64,000 bases of DNA, taken from Gemmatimonadaceae bacterium (GTDB lineage Bacteria; Gemmatimonadota; Gemmatimonadetes; Gemmatimonadales; Gemmatimonadaceae). Below the pieces are notes generated by a model that did no database searches, was not told the DNA's origin, and saw only the letters and a program-made list of their open reading frames with translations. The position numbers and the translations under genes are program-made. The stretch's first letter is position 1. Every line of letters starts with the position of its first letter. The DNA lies in the NCBI GenBank assembly GCA_025929535.1, contig JAICLZ010000002.1, positions 18,565 through 82,564 of the forward strand, given 5' to 3'. Positions 9,865-18,001 of the stretch are shown here, piece by piece.

Positions 9865-10428
9865 ATGCGCTCGTTTTTCGTAACGGCGGCAGTAGTGACG
9901 GCGGCAGTGGCAGCAGAGCGGCTCACGGTTCCCCAGGCTGCATCCGCAACCGTGGCGGCGAACGCGGATGCGTCGGAGAAGATGCTCCGCTTCGAGATCA
10001 CCGTTCCCGCGCCCAGGGCCGAGGTGTGGAAGGCGTTCGCGACGAGCGAGGGGCTGACCACGTGGCTCGCACCGAATTCGAACGTGGAGCTGAAGCCCGG
10101 CGGCGAGTGGATGGTGCACTTTCCCGGCGGCAGCACGGGCGGCGGGAACATCGTCAGCTTCGTCCCCCAGAAGGAAATCGTCATCTCGGCGCTCGCGCCC
10201 GACCAGTTCCCGACCGTGCGCGCGCAGCGCACGACCGCGCGCTTCGAGCTCGAGGATCACAGCAAGGGCACGCTCGTGCGGCTCACGCAGACCGGCTGGA
10301 AAGACGGAGAGGAGTGGGATCGCGCGTACGAGTATCTCACCGCGGGCAACGCCCAGCTGCTCGCGACGCTGCATCGCCGTTTCGTGAGCGGGCCGATCGA
10401 CTGGTCGAAGCTCTCCGACCACCACTGA
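9865..10428 (+). CDS. Secreted SRPBCC/AHSA1-like domain protein
   Basis: 187 aa with a signal peptide (MRSFFVTAAVVTAAVAA). The body (RFEITVPAPRAEVWKAFATSEGLTTWLAP...VRLTQTGW) resembles the Aha1/START-like fold. Confidence 0.65.
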   Translation: MRSFFVTAAVVTAAVAAERLTVPQAASATVAANADASEKMLRFEITVPAPRAEVWKAFATSEGLTTWLAPNSNVELKPGGEWMVHFPGGSTGGGNIVSFVPQKEIVISALAPDQFPTVRAQRTTARFELEDHSKGTLVRLTQTGWKDGEEWDRAYEYLTAGNAQLLATLHRRFVSGPIDWSKLSDHH

Positions 10429-10431
10429 GGA

Positions 10432-10626
10432 TTGACTCACATGAACATGAGCACCCTCAACGTGTGGGCAATTCTCGTCGCGGCAGTCGTGGCCTTCATG
10501 CTGGGCGCCGTGTGGTTTTCGCCGGCGACCTTCGAGCGCCGGCCGTGGGCGTACGTGCTCGTGAACGGCGGGTATCTGACCGTGGCGCTGGTGATAATGG
10601 GGGCGATACTCGGAGGGTGGAGATAG
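10432..10626 (+). CDS. Short DUF1761-like membrane protein (apparently internally truncated)
   Basis: 64 aa. The N-terminal WAILVAAVVAFMLGAVWFSP and C-terminal GGYLTVALVIMGAILGGW resemble the two ends of DUF1761. The middle of that family, normally about 130 aa long, is missing. Confidence 0.45.
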   Translation: MTHMNMSTLNVWAILVAAVVAFMLGAVWFSPATFERRPWAYVLVNGGYLTVALVIMGAILGGWR

Positions 10627-10690
10627 GGCGAGTCGTGTAACCCTTCGGCGTCTTTAGTGGTGAGGACGGAACTCACTCACGGGAGACGAT

Positions 10691-10879
10691 ATGCACACCT
10701 CAATGACACGCGTGCAGGAATGCGCGATGGCGGTGATCGCGTTCGCGGTGGTCGCAATCGCGATCGCGGCACCGATCGTGGCGCTCGGGCCGAGCGCGAG
10801 CTGGCGGGCGAAGGCGGCGGGCGGGCTCACTGCGCTCGAAGCGCTGATCTCCGTGGTGAGGCGGGTGTTGCAGATCTAG
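10691..10879 (+). CDS. Hypothetical small membrane protein
   Basis: 62 aa with one clear hydrophobic helix (AMAVIAFAVVAIAIAAPIVAL). No recognisable family, and the coding status is uncertain. Confidence 0.25.
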   Translation: MHTSMTRVQECAMAVIAFAVVAIAIAAPIVALGPSASWRAKAAGGLTALEALISVVRRVLQI

Positions 10880-10929
10880 CTCCTCTCCTCAATCACCAGA
10901 TCAGTCAGATTCGGCGTACCGCGCTCGTC

Positions 10930-11280
10930 ATGGGCACCGACTCGATTCGCTACCACTATGCTCTCCAGTGGGGTGCGCTCGACACCTTGACCGATCCCTT
11001 CGGCCACACGTTCGCGTGGCAATACGACGCCGATGGCCGGATGACGCAGCTCGCGCGTCATGCCGAGCGCACGGACACGACCAATGTCGAGCTCACGCGA
11101 TACGATGCCGATAGCCGGCTTCAGTATCGCAGGATCGTGCGCAGGACATCGATGGTGCTCGCCGATAGTCTCACGTACGGTCGACGCGGGAAAGTCGTTC
11201 GCAACGTCCTGAATGGCGACTCGCTCGCCTACACTGGGTTTCGTATCCCTGGAGCAACAGCGATGACGATTAAAATGTAG
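10930..11280 (+). pseudogene. Orphan RHS/YD-repeat fragment
   Basis: The translation contains YD-repeat units (FAWQYDADGRMTQL, LTRYDADSRLQY, LTYGRRGKVV). It is only about 116 aa, with no N-terminal or toxin-tip region. Confidence 0.45.
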
Positions 11281-11307
11281 AACGCGGTGAGGCTGCATCA
11301 GCGTCGC

Positions 11308-12423
11308 TCAACACAGATGCACCGCCATCGCCTTGAACGACGCCCACACCTCGCTTCCCTCCTTCAGCTCGAGCTCCTGCGCCGAGCGCGTCGTCAGCGC
11401 CGCGACGATCGGCACGCGCGGAGCGATCACGCCCGCTACGCCGCTCGACACATCCACCGTCACACGCGTCAACGCACCCGTTGTCGCCACCTCGCTCACC
11501 ACACCCTCGAACTGATTCCGCGCGGAGCTCTCCTGCGGCGCCAAGGCAACCAGTACCTCCTCCGCCCGGATCACTGCGTGCCCCGCGCCCGGCGGCGCAT
11601 CACCGATCGTGTAGATCGTCAACCCTCCGGATACGAACTCGATCGCGTGATGTCCGGCCGCTAACTTCTCCGCCGCGCGCTCCGCGCCGTCGAGAAAGTC
11701 CGGCGCCGCATCGTCCAGATACCGCACCTCCCCCGCATACACATTCTCCGCGCCCAGAAATTCCGCGATGTACGGCGACGCCGGCTCGCGAAACAGTCGC
11801 TCCGGCGGCCCATGCTGTAGCACGCGCCCCTGATCGATCAGGATAGCGACGTCGCCGAGCAATCCCGCCTCCGTGAAATCGTGCGTCACCTGGAGCACCG
11901 TGATCCCGAGCTCGCGCGCGATCGCGCGAACCGTGCGCCGCACGAGCGTGCGCCGCCGCGGATCGAGCGCGCTGAACGGCTCGTCGAGCAACAGCACCCT
12001 TGGCCTGGGCGCCAGCGCGCGCGCGATCGCAACCAGCTGTCGCTCGCCGCCCGACAATCCCCGCACCGCGCGCGCATACAGCTCACTCGCACCGATGCGC
12101 CCGGCGATCGCGTCCGCATACGCGATATCGGTCGTGCCATAGCGCACGTTCTCCTGCACGGTCAGATGCGGAAACAGATATCCGTGCTGGTACACGATCC
12201 CCGTATTCCGCTTCTCGGGCGACACACCCGTCATGTCCTGCCCGCTCAGCGCCAACGTTCCGCCGCGCAGCGGGATGATTCCCGCGATCGTCTCCAGCAG
12301 CGTCGTCTTCCCCGATCCCGCCGGCCCGATCACCACCCCGTACTTTCCCGCGGGCACCACGAAGCTCACCTCGCGCAGCTCGAACTCGCCCACGCGCGCG
12401 CTCAGCCCCCGCGCTTCGATCAC
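11308..12423 (-). CDS. Molybdate/tungstate ABC transporter ATP-binding protein with C-terminal TOBE/Mop domain
   Basis: GTG start at 12423 overlaps the permease stop by 4 nt. Walker A GPAGSGKTT, signature LSGGERQ and Walker B LLLDEPFSALD are present. The C-terminal domain is TOBE-like (NQFEGVVSEV...EVWASFKA). The upstream 129 codons of the 500-aa ORF are antisense or overlap artefact. Confidence 0.85.
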   Translation of the reverse strand: MIEARGLSARVGEFELREVSFVVPAGKYGVVIGPAGSGKTTLLETIAGIIPLRGGTLALSGQDMTGVSPEKRNTGIVYQHGYLFPHLTVQENVRYGTTDIAYADAIAGRIGASELYARAVRGLSGGERQLVAIARALAPRPRVLLLDEPFSALDPRRRTLVRRTVRAIARELGITVLQVTHDFTEAGLLGDVAILIDQGRVLQHGPPERLFREPASPYIAEFLGAENVYAGEVRYLDDAAPDFLDGAERAAEKLAAGHHAIEFVSGGLTIYTIGDAPPGAGHAVIRAEEVLVALAPQESSARNQFEGVVSEVATTGALTRVTVDVSSGVAGVIAPRVPIVAALTTRSAQELELKEGSEVWASFKAMAVHLC

Positions 12424-13217
12424 TGGAGCATCAACGCGCCGCTCCGCGATGCGCGCAGGGCACGGAGCGCGAACAGCGGCACGAACGCGAGCAGCGCCAG
12501 CACCGCCGCCACCGGCAGCGCCTCGTCCAAACCGTAGCTCGTGAAGCGGTCGTAGCTCAACACGCTCGCGACCTTCGGATTGTACGTCAGAATCACGATC
12601 GCGCCGAACTCGCTCACCGCGCGCGCCCACACCACCACCCCCGCCGCCACGAGCCCGCGCGATGACAGCGGCAGCGTCACCCGTCTGAACGCGCGCCACG
12701 CCGGATCGCCAAGCGACCGCGCCACCGCCTCGTACCGCGTGTCCACGCGCGCGAACGCCTCGCGCGTCGCGCTCACGTACAGGGGCGCCGACACGAACAG
12801 CATCGCGCACACGATGCCGATCGGAGAGCCCACCACGCGGATGCCGAGATCGAGGAGCGTCCCGCCCACGAGCGTCTGCCGCCCGAGCACCAGGAGCAGC
12901 GCGATGCCAGCCACGGGATGCGGAATCAGCAGCGGGAGATCGATGAGCGCCGCGACGAGCGCCCGCCCGCGGAACTGACGGCGTTCCAGCAGATACGCGA
13001 GCGGCGTTCCCCCCAGAATCGCCAGCGCCGTCGCACTCGTCGCCGTGAGCGCCGTGAGCGCCAGCGCGCTTCGCAGCTCGCCATCCGAGAGCAGATGACG
13101 AAGCCCATCCACTCCGCCGGCACCGATCAACCGGGCGATCGGCGCGACCAGAAAGAGCAGGAAAATCGAGCCGCAGAACGCGGCGATCACGCTGGCCGCG
13201 CGGTGCGCCTTTCGCAT
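12420..13217 (-). CDS. Molybdate/tungstate ABC transporter permease
   Basis: Multi-helix BPD-transporter type permease with an EAA-like loop (EAVARSLGDPAWRAFRRVTLP). Start at ATG 13217; the ORF extends to 13274. Confidence 0.8.
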   Translation of the reverse strand: MRKAHRAASVIAAFCGSIFLLFLVAPIARLIGAGGVDGLRHLLSDGELRSALALTALTATSATALAILGGTPLAYLLERRQFRGRALVAALIDLPLLIPHPVAGIALLLVLGRQTLVGGTLLDLGIRVVGSPIGIVCAMLFVSAPLYVSATREAFARVDTRYEAVARSLGDPAWRAFRRVTLPLSSRGLVAAGVVVWARAVSEFGAIVILTYNPKVASVLSYDRFTSYGLDEALPVAAVLALLAFVPLFALRALRASRSGALMLQ

Positions 13218-13287
13218 GGAGCCCAAGCTAGCCGCGAACAAAGCGCTCGCAAGACTCGCAGAAACCGCTCGCATTCACCATCGTAGA

Positions 13288-14292
13288 GTGAACAGCGGTT
13301 CGTCATCTTCTCCGGAGCCTCGTTCCTTGGCAGAGCCAGCGATCGACATTCAGCAGGTTCAAAAATCGTTCGACGGCCATGTCGCGGTACGACAGCTCTC
13401 GCTCCAGGTGCCTTCCGGAACCGTCTATGGCCTGCTCGGCCCGAACGGCGCCGGAAAGACCACGACGATCCGCATGGTCCTCGACATCATCGAGCCGGAC
13501 TCCGGATCGATCACGATCTTCGGCCACTCCAGCATCCACGGGCGCGACGGCAATCGCATCGGCTATCTCCCCGAGGAGCGCGGTCTGTACAAGAAAATGC
13601 AGGTGCGCCGCGTGCTCCGGTTCCTGGCCGAGCTGAAAGGCGTGAGCGGGCGCGACGCGGACAGGCGCATCGAGCTGTGGCTCGAGCGCCTGTCGCTCAC
13701 CGGCGACGACAAGGATTGGGGAAGCGCACGCGTCGAGGAGCTCTCGCGCGGAATGCAGCAGAAGGTGCAGTTCATTGGCGCGCTGCTCCACGAGCCCGAC
13801 CTGATCATTCTGGACGAGCCCTTCAGCGGCCTCGATCCGATGAACGCGCAGGCGCTCAAGGACACGATCGTGGGTCTCCGCCGCGAAGGACGCACGATCA
13901 TCTTCAGCACACACGTGATGGAGAACGCCGAGCGCCTCTGCGATGCACTCTGCATCATCGCGAACGGCGAGAAGGTGCTCGATGGCTCCGTCGCATCCGT
14001 GAAGGCGGATCACGGCGGACAGTACATCGCCATCGCGCTCGGAGAGGATCGCCCCCAGGCCATAAACGACATCTTCGCGGACCGCTCCCTCGTGACTTCT
14101 CTCGATGACTCCAATCGCACCGTGGAGATCGAGCTCGCTCCGGATGCGAGCCCGCAGCTCCTGCTTCGCAAACTCGTGGATGCCGGCGCCGTGATCGAGC
14201 GCTTCGAGCTCGTGCAGCCATCGCTGCACCGGATCTTCATCGACACGGTGGGCGCTACGGGCGTCGAAGCGGGGATGAGCGGGCATGGGTAA
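13288..14292 (+). CDS. ABC-2 type exporter ATP-binding protein (NatA-like)
   Basis: Walker A GPNGAGKTT, signature LSRGMQQKV and Walker B LIILDEPFSGLD. The start is uncertain: GTG 13288, TTG 13327 with an upstream GGAG, or ATG 13216. Confidence 0.85.
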   Translation: MNSGSSSSPEPRSLAEPAIDIQQVQKSFDGHVAVRQLSLQVPSGTVYGLLGPNGAGKTTTIRMVLDIIEPDSGSITIFGHSSIHGRDGNRIGYLPEERGLYKKMQVRRVLRFLAELKGVSGRDADRRIELWLERLSLTGDDKDWGSARVEELSRGMQQKVQFIGALLHEPDLIILDEPFSGLDPMNAQALKDTIVGLRREGRTIIFSTHVMENAERLCDALCIIANGEKVLDGSVASVKADHGGQYIAIALGEDRPQAINDIFADRSLVTSLDDSNRTVEIELAPDASPQLLLRKLVDAGAVIERFELVQPSLHRIFIDTVGATGVEAGMSGHG

Positions 14293-15580
14293 GCTCTTCG
14301 CGATCATCAAGCGCGAGTACCTCGAGCGCATCCGCTCGAAATGGTTCATCTTCAGCACCGCGCTCGGCCCCATCTTCTTCGGGATCATCGTCATCGTTCC
14401 AATGGTGATCTCGAGCCGCACCAGGCCGTCGCCCGATCTCTCGCACATCGTCATCCTCGATGCCACGGGCACCCAGCTCGGCCTCCGCGTCGCGAGCGAG
14501 CTCGCGGGCGGCATCTCCGCCAACGAGCCCTCGCGCGCCGTGGTCCGCGATGTCGCACCATCCGAGCTCGCGCAGGCGGAGAGCACGGCCACACGCGAAG
14601 TCATGCGCGCGCAGAATCCGGTGATGGGCTACCTCGTGCTCGATTCGGCCACCCTCGCCGGCAAGAGCGAGCGCTACGCCGGCCGCAACGCGTCCGCGCT
14701 CGTGGATGTGAAGGAGATCGAGGGCGCCGTGCAGCGCAGTCTCCTCGCGCAGCGACTCGAGCACGAAGGGCTGCAGCCATCGCGCATCAAGGCGCTCACG
14801 GACGTGAGCCTGGACATGAGCTCCGAGCGGCTCACCGAGCGCGGCCGCGAAGCCGGCGGGCTCGCGAGCGCGCTCTTCTCCTACGTGCTCGCGTTCGTTC
14901 TCTACATGATGCTCGTGATCTACGGCCAGCAGATTCTGCGCGGCGTCATGGAGGAGAAGACGTCGCGCGTGGCCGAGGTCGTGATCTCGAGCGTGTCCAC
15001 GGACGCGCTGCTCGCCGGGAAGGTGATCGGCGTGGGCGCGGCGTCGCTCACGCAGATGGTTCTCTGGTCGCTGTCGAGCTTTCTCGTGTACAAGGGCCGG
15101 GGCGCGATCCTCGCCGGCTTCGGCGTGCCCAACGTGCAGCTTCCGCTGCCGCACATCGGCCCCACGGTCGGGCTGCTCCTGCTGATCTTCTTCGTGCTCG
15201 GCTTCATCTTCTACGCCGCGCTCTTCGCCGCCATGGGGTCGACGGTGACGAACGAACAGGATGTGCAGCAGGCCTCGATGCCGGTGATGCTCCTGCTCAT
15301 CGCATCGATCGTGTTCGTGCAACCGATTTTGCTCGACCCCACGAGCTCCTTCTCGAAGGTGATGTCGTGGCTTCCCTTCTCGGCGCCCATCCTCATGCCG
15401 CTGCGCATGACGATGATCCAGGTGTCCGGGATGGAGATCGCGGGCACGCTGGCGGGACTACTCGCGGGGTGCGCGATCACCACCTGGTTCGCCGCCCGCA
15501 TCTATCGTGTAGGGATGCTGATGTACGGGAAGCGGCCGAGCTTCCGCGAGATGGGCCGGTGGGTGCGGCGCTCGACGTGA
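14285..15580 (+). CDS. ABC-2 type exporter permease (NatB-like)
   Basis: 431 aa. An N-terminal TM helix is followed by a large extracytoplasmic loop and five C-terminal TM helices. It overlaps the ATPase stop by 8 nt. Confidence 0.8.
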   Translation: MGKLFAIIKREYLERIRSKWFIFSTALGPIFFGIIVIVPMVISSRTRPSPDLSHIVILDATGTQLGLRVASELAGGISANEPSRAVVRDVAPSELAQAESTATREVMRAQNPVMGYLVLDSATLAGKSERYAGRNASALVDVKEIEGAVQRSLLAQRLEHEGLQPSRIKALTDVSLDMSSERLTERGREAGGLASALFSYVLAFVLYMMLVIYGQQILRGVMEEKTSRVAEVVISSVSTDALLAGKVIGVGAASLTQMVLWSLSSFLVYKGRGAILAGFGVPNVQLPLPHIGPTVGLLLLIFFVLGFIFYAALFAAMGSTVTNEQDVQQASMPVMLLLIASIVFVQPILLDPTSSFSKVMSWLPFSAPILMPLRMTMIQVSGMEIAGTLAGLLAGCAITTWFAARIYRVGMLMYGKRPSFREMGRWVRRST

Positions 15581-15598
15581 TCGGCGCCGCGGTTCAGC

Positions 15599-15991
15599 TC
15601 AGGGCGCGCGAGGCGTGCGGTAGTCGCGCACGCGATCGGTGCGCCGCTTGAGCTCCTGAATCGCCGTACGCCTGCGCAGCGAGACGCCGAGCACTCCGTT
15701 CCAGAGCGCGGCCACGGTGCCGAGCATCCAGCCCACGATCGACAGGATCTCCACGGTGCGAACGCGCCACGCCGACGTCGCGTGCGTGGGGAGCAGGAGC
15801 GCCGAGTCGGCGCGGCGCGCAGCGATCAGCGACACGACGACCGCGATGCCGGCGATGATGAAGACGAGGACCGCGAGCCATGCGATGCGTCGAGGCGCAC
15901 CGCCGGCGCCGCCGAACACGCGGCTCCGGCGCGCGATCACCAGCGCCAACGTCGTCCCGACGATCCATTGCGCGCCGCCCAGGAGCGGCAC
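15599..15991 (-). CDS. Membrane protein, YqjE/phage-holin-3_6-like
   Basis: 130 aa with two to three TM helices. It lies directly downstream of a DUF883/ElaB-like gene, which is the usual partner arrangement. Confidence 0.5.
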   Translation of the reverse strand: MPLLGGAQWIVGTTLALVIARRSRVFGGAGGAPRRIAWLAVLVFIIAGIAVVVSLIAARRADSALLLPTHATSAWRVRTVEILSIVGWMLGTVAALWNGVLGVSLRRRTAIQELKRRTDRVRDYRTPRAP

Positions 15992-16005
15992 GAGTTGCTC
16001 CTTCG

Positions 16006-16488
16006 TCAGGCGTCCTTCCCCTTGAACGCGCGGCCCAGCAGATAGCCGATCGCGCCCGCGATCAGGAGCGTACGGCCGGGATTCTCCCGCACCTGACGCT
16101 CGAGCCCCTGCTGAAACGACGTCACGTTGGCGTTACGCAGCCAGTCCGCGCTGCGCTCCATCCCGGCGGCCACGCGATCGCTCGTCTGCGCGACGCGCTG
16201 CTTGGTGGTCGCGATCGCGTTGTCGATCTTTTCCGTGTTGGTCGCGCGCTGCCGCAAGCGACCGGCGCCGGTCTCGAGCTTGTCCGCAAGCTGGGTTTTC
16301 ATCTGCAGCGCGCGATCGCGTACGGATGCCGACGTCTCATCGACCTTGTCGTACACCTGCGGCGTACCCGGCGCATCAGCCGGATTCGACGCGCTCGCCG
16401 AATCGCTTCCAAACGAGCTCGTCTCCCCGAACTTCTGGTGGTCGCTCATGCCGCCGACCTGATCGTTCTGATCCTGATCCATGACCAT
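16006..16488 (-). CDS. DUF883 (ElaB/YqjD-like) membrane-anchored stress protein
   Basis: Hydrophilic helical body with the C-terminal anchor NPGRTLLIAGAIGYLLGRAF. Start at ATG 16488 or 16482; the ORF extends to 16542. Confidence 0.65.
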   Translation of the reverse strand: MVMDQDQNDQVGGMSDHQKFGETSSFGSDSASASNPADAPGTPQVYDKVDETSASVRDRALQMKTQLADKLETGAGRLRQRATNTEKIDNAIATTKQRVAQTSDRVAAGMERSADWLRNANVTSFQQGLERQVRENPGRTLLIAGAIGYLLGRAFKGKDA

Positions 16489-16542
16489 CTCCCGCTGTCG
16501 AGTTGAACGGGCAAAACCAGCAGAGCCTGTGCCACCTGCCAT

Positions 16543-16965
16543 TCAGCTCGCGCAGAACGAGTCGAAGGCGCCCACGAGGTCCTGCGCGATCTCGGCGGAC
16601 GTGCGTCCCTCGATGCGATTGCGCTCGAGCATGAACACGAGCTTCCCATCCTTCAACAGCGCGATCTGCGGCGATGACGGACGATAACCCGTGAAATAGC
16701 CCCGCGCACGTTCCGTGGCATCGAGATCCTGTCCCGCGAACACGGTGGTCACCGCGTCCGGCCTGGTCGCGTGCTGCAGCGCCATCGCGACCGCGGGGCG
16801 CGCATTGCGAGCGGCGCATCCGCAGATCGAGTTGACCACCACGAGCGTGGTGCCCGCGGTGTTTTTCAGCTGCGCGTCGACATCGCCCGGAGTGCGGAGC
16901 TCGCGAACGCCGAGGCGGGTGAGCTCCTCACGCATCGGGGCGACAAAGCGTTCATCGTATGGCAT
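16543..16965 (-). CDS. Bacilliredoxin (BrxA/BrxB, DUF1094 family)
   Basis: MPYDERFVAPMREELT at the N-terminus, VVVNSICGCAARNARP with the CGC redox motif, and LLKDGKLVFMLERNRIEG. Confidence 0.8.
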   Translation of the reverse strand: MPYDERFVAPMREELTRLGVRELRTPGDVDAQLKNTAGTTLVVVNSICGCAARNARPAVAMALQHATRPDAVTTVFAGQDLDATERARGYFTGYRPSSPQIALLKDGKLVFMLERNRIEGRTSAEIAQDLVGAFDSFCAS

Positions 16966-17045
16966 GTTGGCACGTTGTGAGAGACGCATGAAAGCTAATG
17001 CGTTCGCGTGGAATCAGGCCTCCAGTGCCTGCCTCGGTGCCCGCA

Positions 17046-17627
17046 TTAGTGCCTGCCTTCCCTCGCTTCGCGCGCCTCGATCTCCTCTTCCGCCTTCTCC
17101 ATCTCGCGCTCGTCGTGAATCCTGATCGCCGTCGAATCCCGGTGCTCGTGCTTGAGCAGCGCATAGCGCACCGTCTGCACGACCACGGCGAGAATGAAGC
17201 TGAAGGTGATGATCGCTGCTCCGTGCCAGATCAGCCGGTCGATCACGATCGATGACAGGTCGCCAGCGCGCGCCGGTTCCGAGCCGATGCGCTCGAACCT
17301 GACGCGGATCAGCACCGCGACCGCCGCGGCTTCCACCAGCCACTCGGCCACCGTGAACAGCGGGACGCGCCAGATCCACTGGCGCACGGGATGATTCCCC
17401 AGATACACGGTGGTGAGGCTGAGCAGGAGAACGTATTCGCCGGCGCCCGCGAGAAAGAGCGAGATCCACCCGAAGGTGATCGTCGGGCTGGCGAGCACGA
17501 ACACGCGGTACAGGTGCACCACGATTCCGGTGATCAGCGCCATCGGGATCAGCGAGCGCGGGATTCGCGCGATCAGCGAGTCCATGCGCGGTCCCGAAAA
17601 CGGGCTCTCCGGAAAGAATGGAGACAT
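17046..17627 (-). CDS. Hypothetical four-TM membrane protein with acidic C-terminal tail
   Basis: 193 aa with hydrophobic helices and an EREMEKAEEEIEAREAREG tail. No family recognised. Confidence 0.5.
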   Translation of the reverse strand: MSPFFPESPFSGPRMDSLIARIPRSLIPMALITGIVVHLYRVFVLASPTITFGWISLFLAGAGEYVLLLSLTTVYLGNHPVRQWIWRVPLFTVAEWLVEAAAVAVLIRVRFERIGSEPARAGDLSSIVIDRLIWHGAAIITFSFILAVVVQTVRYALLKHEHRDSTAIRIHDEREMEKAEEEIEAREAREGRH

Positions 17628-17654
17628 CCCGCAATGTAGCGCCGGCTCGAAGCG

Positions 17655-17945
17655 TTAGGAGCTTTGGCTCCCGGACGCTGAGGCGGGACGCTTCGCGCCC
17701 GGATACATGCGCTGGAGTCGTTCGCCGGGCGTGAGCGTGGGATCGGCGGCGGGATCGTTGCCGTGGCGCGCCCGGAGCTCCTTCGTCGCGCGGTTCATCT
17801 CCTCGAACGCCACCGACGCACGCTTCTCGGCATCAACGCGCTGGGCCGCGAGCTTCTGCAAACGGTACGCGATGCTGATCACGCAGATCATCACCACGAC
17901 GCCCAGCATTCCGATGTACAGCGCTGTGTTGTGCTTCACGGGCAT
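17655..17945 (-). CDS. Hypothetical single-TM small protein
   Basis: 96 aa (MPVKHNTALYIGMLGVVVMICVISIAY...) with a strong SD (AAGGAGG) upstream of ATG 17945. It is immediately downstream of the hybrid kinase. The rest of ORF 17655..18812 is artefact. Confidence 0.55.
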   Translation of the reverse strand: MPVKHNTALYIGMLGVVVMICVISIAYRLQKLAAQRVDAEKRASVAFEEMNRATKELRARHGNDPAADPTLTPGERLQRMYPGAKRPASASGSQSS

Positions 17946-18001
17946 GCCCTCCTTGTCCTTAAACGACCGTGCGGAGCGAGCGCAACGGCAGTTAAGGCGC
18001 G

